Positions 13,463 through 64,000 of a stretch of 64,000 nt of DNA are shown piece by piece (positions within the stretch are counted from its first letter, which is position 1; every line of letters begins with the position of its first letter). The stretch spans positions 34,968,001-35,032,000 of the forward strand of contig CM069146.1 of NCBI GenBank assembly GCA_035221665.1. Reading direction: 5' to 3'. The notes beneath the pieces are model-generated. The model ran no database searches. It was not told where the DNA came from and saw only the letters and a program-made list of their open reading frames with translations. The DNA comes from Okamejei kenojei. Its lineage: Eukaryota. Both the position numbers and the translations under genes were made by a program.

Positions 13463-14449
13463 ACTTAGGCCAAGCAGCTGGCTCCTGGGAAAAGCAGCAT
13501 ATGATGTATATTTTCAGCACCGTGTGCATGGGCGTGCATCTTCAGTATGTGTGCTTATATACAATGGGTATGTGGAAGTATCTGTGAAACGGACTGAAAC
13601 GTTTGCTGCTCCTGGATGCAATGTTCTGTGAATAACATTGTGGTAGCTCGTACTGATCCTAAAACATTGTGGCAATTGGGAGGAGGGGGGGTGAGAAGAA
13701 AGTTAGTTGTGTGTAGCCACAATTGTTAAAAATGTGAAGAAACATAGGCCGCTAGTTGAAAGAATGAAATAGAATCAAATATGCCAGATTCACTTTTAGC
13801 AAGGAAGGTGTGGTCAGTTTAGAGTATTTCTCTGCCCACCCCCAATTCTATTACATCACTTGGACCTAAATGAGAACAAGAACCATCTTTAAAATGTTAA
13901 TTAAAAATATGACAGAGCAATTTGAAAAATGCATCTCCAGGTGGAGAGAAACAGAGAGACGCAATAACAGCACATGTCAAATCTATACTGATTTCAGCTA
14001 GGTATTAAAGTGCAACCTTTATAATTTTGTTACAGTTTGGTACAATAATCCCTTTGAGGGGCAAATAAGGCCGCTGAGTTGTGCTTAGAACTGGCCATTC
14101 AGCCCATTGGCCTTTGTCTGTGTTTGTCGAGCTCTTCACACTCATCTGCAGCTGTCTTTTCAATCCATTTGAATGTAGTCATTACTATTCATTGGACGCT
14201 GCTGCTAATGTTTCTACATCAACAGTTTAAGTTTGAAGTTCTGGATATCTGATATCTAGCTGAGACTCACTGTAACTATAAGAAGATGAATCAAAGGGGC
14301 GACCTTTATTGTGGGAAGGTTTTGATTAGGAAGTTCAATATAGATTTGCATGCTTCACCCAGCTACACCTCGTTTCTCCCAGCCTGTGAATTTGATGGGA
14401 AGATCACCTGATAGGTTTTATCCTGGAGATTTGTTCAAAAATATATGAA

Positions 14450-14760
14450 CATGGGTGACAGTGGGTAGAGCTGCTGCTTCTGCTCCAGTGACCTCATTTC
14501 AATCCTGGCCTCCAGTATTTCTGTGTGGAGTGTGCAGGTTGTGACTCTGGGGGGTTTCATCCAGGTGCTCCGATTTTCTCCCACATCCCAAAGATGTGCG
14601 AGTTGGTAGATTAAATGACTGCTGCAAATAGCTCTTTGGGTTTAGTGGCAGAATCTAAGAGGAGTTGATGGGATAACAAAACAGGGTTAATACAGGATGA
14701 ATGTAAAGGATGCTTGATGGTCAGAGAGGAGTCGGTGGGTGGAAGGCCTGTTTCTGTATT
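14450..14760 (+). mobile_element. HE1/V-SINE (older, diverged)
   Basis: ccaggtgctccgattttctcccacatcccaaagatgtgcg central domain. Confidence 0.75.
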
Positions 14761-14769
14761 ATTCACTAC

Positions 14770-16150
14770 CAAGTCAAGTCAACTTTATTTGTCACATACA
14801 CATACAAGATGTGTAGTGAAATGAAAGTGGCAATGCCTGCGGGATTGTGCAAAACAACAGAACAGAACAGAACCAGTATTTACATTTTAAAAAAAAGACA
14901 CAACAGTATTTCCTCCCTGGTGAAATCAGAGTTTACAGTCCTGATGGCCTGTGGGAAGAAACTCCGTCTCATCCTCTCTGTTTTCGCAGTGTGACAGCTG
15001 GAACAAACCGTTGCTGGGGTGTTAGGGTCCTTCATTACCTTGCTGGCTCTGAATCTGCACCTCCTGGTGTATAGGTCCTGCAGGGGGGTGAGTGTAGTTC
15101 CCGTGGTGCGTTCGGCCGAACGCACTACTCTCTGCAGAACCTTCCTGTCCTGGGCAGAGCTGTCGCCAAACCAGATCGAGATGTTTCCGGACAAGATGCT
15201 TTCCACAGCACCAGAGCAGAACGATTGAAGGATCCTCAGAGAGACTCTAAATTTCCTCGGCTGCCTGAGATGGTAAAGGCGCTGCCTTGCCTTTCTCACC
15301 AGTGCGGCAGTGTGTGTTGTCCATGTCAGATCCCCTGTAATGTGGACTCCCAGGTATTTAAAGCTGCTCACCCTATCCACGGCAGTCCCTTTTATCCCCA
15401 GTGGCGTGCACATCCTCGGTTGTTGTGCCCTTCTAAAGTCTACAATCAGCTCCTTAGTTTTAGTGACATTCAAGAGGAGGCTGTTGTTCTGACACCAGAG
15501 TGCCAGGTCAGCCACCTCCTCCAGGTAGGCCTTCTCATCGTTATCGGAGATCAAGCCCACCACCACAGTGTCATCGGCAAGTTTGATGATGGAGTTGGAG
15601 CTGAAACTGGCCACACAGTCATGTGTGTACAGGGAGTACTGTAGGGGACTGAGGGCACACCCCTGGGGGGATCCTGTATTCAGGGTGAGGGGGTTGGAGG
15701 TATGTCTCCCCATCTTGACCACCTAGGGCCTGGCGGTGAGAAAGTCTAGGACCCAGGCACACAGGGGAGTGCCAATTCCAGAGCTGCCAATCTGTTGGAA
15801 CTGGCACTCAGTCCCAGTTCCAACAGATTCTCAGCAAGTCTGGTGGGGACTATGGTGTTCAAAGCTGAACTGAAATCAATGAACAGCATCCTCACATAGC
15901 CCCCCTTCTGGCTGTCAAGGTGAGAGAGAGTGGTGTGCAAAACCTGGGAGACCGCATCATCCGTGGATCTGTTGGACGGTATGTGAACTGCAGCGGGTCC
16001 ATGGTGCGAGGGAGGAAGGTGCAGATGTAGTTCTTGATCAGCCTCTCAAAGCATTTCATGATTACCGAGGTGAGGGCCACCAGTCGGTAGTCATTCAAGC
16101 AAGCTGGAGAGGCATTCTTAGGCACTGGTACAATGATGGATCTCTTGAAG
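14770..16150 (-). mobile_element. Rex1/Babar-clade LINE, 5'-truncated RT region and 3' tail
   Basis: CLNDYRLVALTSVIMKCFERL, VRMLFIDFSSALNTIVP, TGSPQGCALSP, KLADDTVVVGLI, LNVTKTKELIVDFRR; frameshifts; gacttgacttgg tail. Confidence 0.9.
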
Positions 16151-16419
16151 CAACAAATTAGGGTAAGTCACTCGGCCCTTTGACCCTGCTTCCTCATTTA
16201 ATAAAATCATGGGTGATCTCATTATAACCTCAGCTCCATATTCCCTCGGCACCCTTTAACCTGTGCTTACCAAGAATCTACCCATCTCTAACTTAAGAAT
16301 ATTGGAAGACTCTGCTTCTGTCAACCTTTGAGGAAAAAGGTTCCAAAGATACTGCAGGAAAATAAATGTAATCTAATCTTTTGCTGAAGTGTATGACTCC
16401 TGTTTTTATAGTCATATTT

Positions 16420-16725
16420 TGGGCGACATGGTGGGTTGCTGCCGTCCAATGTCCGAGACCTGAGTTTGATCCTGACTATGGGTGCTTGTCTGTATGGAGT
16501 TTATAAGTTCTCTCCGTGACATGTGTGGGTTTTCTCTGGTTGCACCGGTTTCCTCCCACATCCCAAAGACATACAAGTCTATCGCTTAATTGGCTTAGTA
16601 TAATTGTAAATTGTCCCAAGTGTGTGTAGGATAGTGTAAGTGTGTGGGGATCGCTGGTTGGCATGGACTCAGTGGGCTGAAGGGTCTGCTTCTGCGTTGT
16701 ATCTCTAAACTAAAAGCTAAACTAA
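16420..16725 (+). mobile_element. HE1/V-SINE inserted in an older CR1 fragment (about 16150-16790)
   Basis: Full SINE with AAACT tail; minus-strand CR1 sequence resumes on both sides. Confidence 0.82.
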
Positions 16726-17434
16726 GCCCCTTCATTCTAGATTCTTCCCCAAAAGGAAATGCACACTCTACATCCAACCTGTCAAGCACCCTGTAAAATG
16801 GGTATTTAGTATCTACGGAGAAAATCTGTCAACCAGCAAAAGAAGCTGTTGGGGTTCACTGTGTAATGTCGCACAAGCTGCTAGACTCTGCTAGGGTCAA
16901 AGTTCAAGCCAGCTGCCATTTTGGCAATGGATGAACGACTCCAGATCAGAGCATCACTGACACAACACAGTTGGCTGCCCTCCTGCAATGACATAACACA
17001 CAACACACAAATTTATAACCCCTTGAGGCAAGACCTTTAAGGCCAATAACATTCATGCTGTTTGGTTCCATCTTATGTCACTGTGACCTATTCCATCTGG
17101 CACATAAAGCTCCAAAAATCGCAGCTCTCTAGTGAGAGCTGTCTCTTACTCATCGTATGACTGTTCCAAATGTCTTTTAGGGTCACTCAAATACAACCAC
17201 AATGACATATATTTACTATACATAGAACCTTTAAAGTTTTAAAGTATCCCAAGATTACATAGGAGTGATATCACAACGTTAAGAGTGCTCAGAAGATAAT
17301 ATTAGCACCAAAGTATTTTCAAAGAACGAAACAAAACTAAAATGGAGCATGAATATATTTTATTTTATCTTTAGTTCAATTTGGTTCCTATCATTGCTTG
17401 GCAGAATCATATCTTTTCAGTCATTAGTCAAAAC

Positions 17435-17800
17435 TATACCTCCTCCCTCACATCCATCCAGGGCGCCCAACAGTTCTTCCAGGTGACACAGAGGTCCACA
17501 TGCACCTCCTCTAAACTTGTCCACTGCATTCAGTGCCCCGATGTGGTCTCCTTTACATCAGCAAAACCAAGCATAACTTGACAACTGTTTCGCTGGGTAC
17601 TTGCGCTCTGTCCGTAGAAGCCTGCTGGATCAGTGGAAGTAAATGGACAGATGACATTTTGGGTTTTCTTTCTACCATCTATCTTCCCTCGACTCTATCA
17701 GTCTAAAGAGGGGTCACAATCAAAATGATGTCTGTCACTTTCATTCCACAAATACTGCCTACCCCGCTGAATTCCTCTGGCAGTTTGTTTTTTGCTTATG
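17435..17800 (+). mobile_element. Penelope-like GIY-YIG fragment with degenerate terminus
   Basis: YTSSLTSIQG.QQFFQV.QRSTCTSSKLVHCIQC/CGLLYI.KTK resembles the GIY-YIG N-terminal motif. Confidence 0.75.
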
Positions 17801-18025
17801 GAGAAGGGCCCAACAAACTGAATGGACAGCCACAGTTAGAGGAAAGTAGGGTATGAGGGATGAGCAAAGAGTAGAATTGGAGTGGTGCTTAGGTAACAAT
17901 GCGCTAACTGACTAAAGATGCGCTGGGTGAAATCTGCTCCTTGTGTAGAGAAGAGTGGTTCCCTGCAATAGAATAAAAAAACAGTAGGTCAGGCAGCAGC
18001 TGTGGAGAGAGCAGCAAAGTTATCT

Positions 18026-18490
18026 AGGGCAGCACAGTGGCGCAGCAGTAGAGTTGCTGCCTTACTGCACTTGCAGCGCCAGAGACCTGGGCCCGATCCT
18101 GACTAAAGGTGCTGTCTGTATGGAGTTTGTATGTTCTCCCCGTGACTGCATGGGTTTTCTCCAAGATCTTTGGTTTCCTCCCACACTCCAAAGACATGCA
18201 GGTTTGTAGGTTGATTGGCTTTGTATAAATGTAAAATTGTCCCTCGTGTTGTCGGGTAGTGTCAATGTGCTGGGATCGCTGGTTCGTGCAGACTCGATGG
18301 GCCGAAGGGACTGTTTCCGCGCTGTGCCTCTAAACTAAATTAAAACATTTTAAACTGTAGAGTGCGGGAGGAAACTCACATGATCACAGGGAGAACATGC
18401 ATACTCTGTACAGACAGCACCCGTAGTCTGGATCAAACCCGGGTGTCTAGCTCTGTAAGACAGCAACTCTACCAGTGCACCACTGTGCCA
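18026..18490. mobile_element. Two adjacent HE1/V-SINEs in opposite orientation (+ 18026-18345; - about 18350-18490)
   Basis: Full + copy followed by the reverse complement of a 5' half. Confidence 0.85.
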
Positions 18491-18836
18491 ACACTTCATT
18501 TACTGGGCATTTGACCATTTATCCCCTTCCTTGTTTTGACATCAATTGTGGTCCAGCATTGATGGGCATCTTGGAACTATTTAATTTCCTCCATTCTCAC
18601 ATGATATGAATGTCCTTCCTCTGTTTTTTGCAAATAATTCTAACCATTGCACTCTACATGAAGCTGGCAGCTGCGTCCTTTCTACAAACTACGTATACAT
18701 GCTTTTTCCATCTCTTTGGGAGTGACTGGGGACTGAGGGGAGGAAGGGGGAGCAGGCCGATGGTTCGTAAGTAGCTGGTGTTTGTGTCTGACTGTGCATT
18801 TCTTCTGTCCCTTCTCCTATTTATCCACCGTTGCAG

Positions 18837-63952
<45,116 letters not shown>

Positions 63953-64000
63953 GTAAAGATGGGTTCTGTCCTTTTATTGTAGACTTTCATGTATCTAGCA

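Noticed and set aside
372-18836. Search for the upstream Sema3 exons (signal peptide, IYWP.., ECANF..THLY.CGTGA)
   Set aside because: No matching exon found by eye; they probably lie upstream of the window or in the gap

Overview
Eukaryotic (vertebrate) genomic DNA, most likely from a cartilaginous fish (skate/ray-like), inferred from HE1/V-SINE, CR1/HER1, Deu-domain SINE and Penelope-like repeats. The window lies within one + strand class 3 semaphorin gene. Twelve GT-AG coding exons (18837-63952; 94, 120, 146, 115, 70, 145, 220, 89, 42, 158, 62 and 143 bp) splice into an uninterrupted 468-codon frame covering most of the Sema domain, the PSI domain and the start of the Ig domain. The paralogue most resembles fish Sema3H. 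The first exons and the last exon lie outside the window, or could not be found in it. The introns contain about 20 tRNA-derived SINEs, many CR1/L2 fragments, a Rex1/Babar LINE, a truncated Gypsy element with its 3' LTR, two MITEs and a 48-bp G-rich VNTR. They also contain many Penelope-like element ends carrying minimal hammerhead-ribozyme motifs, several arranged as ~200-bp fold-back insertions with target-site duplications. Other points of interest: a near-perfect 53-bp inverted repeat 2.3 kb apart in one intron, a diverged furin site next to a NAGNAG acceptor, and a sense-strand LTR poly(A) signal between the PSI and Ig exons. There are two assembly gaps. Nearly all other ORFs in the supplied track are spurious or repeat-derived. 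All family assignments are from motif recall, not database searches.
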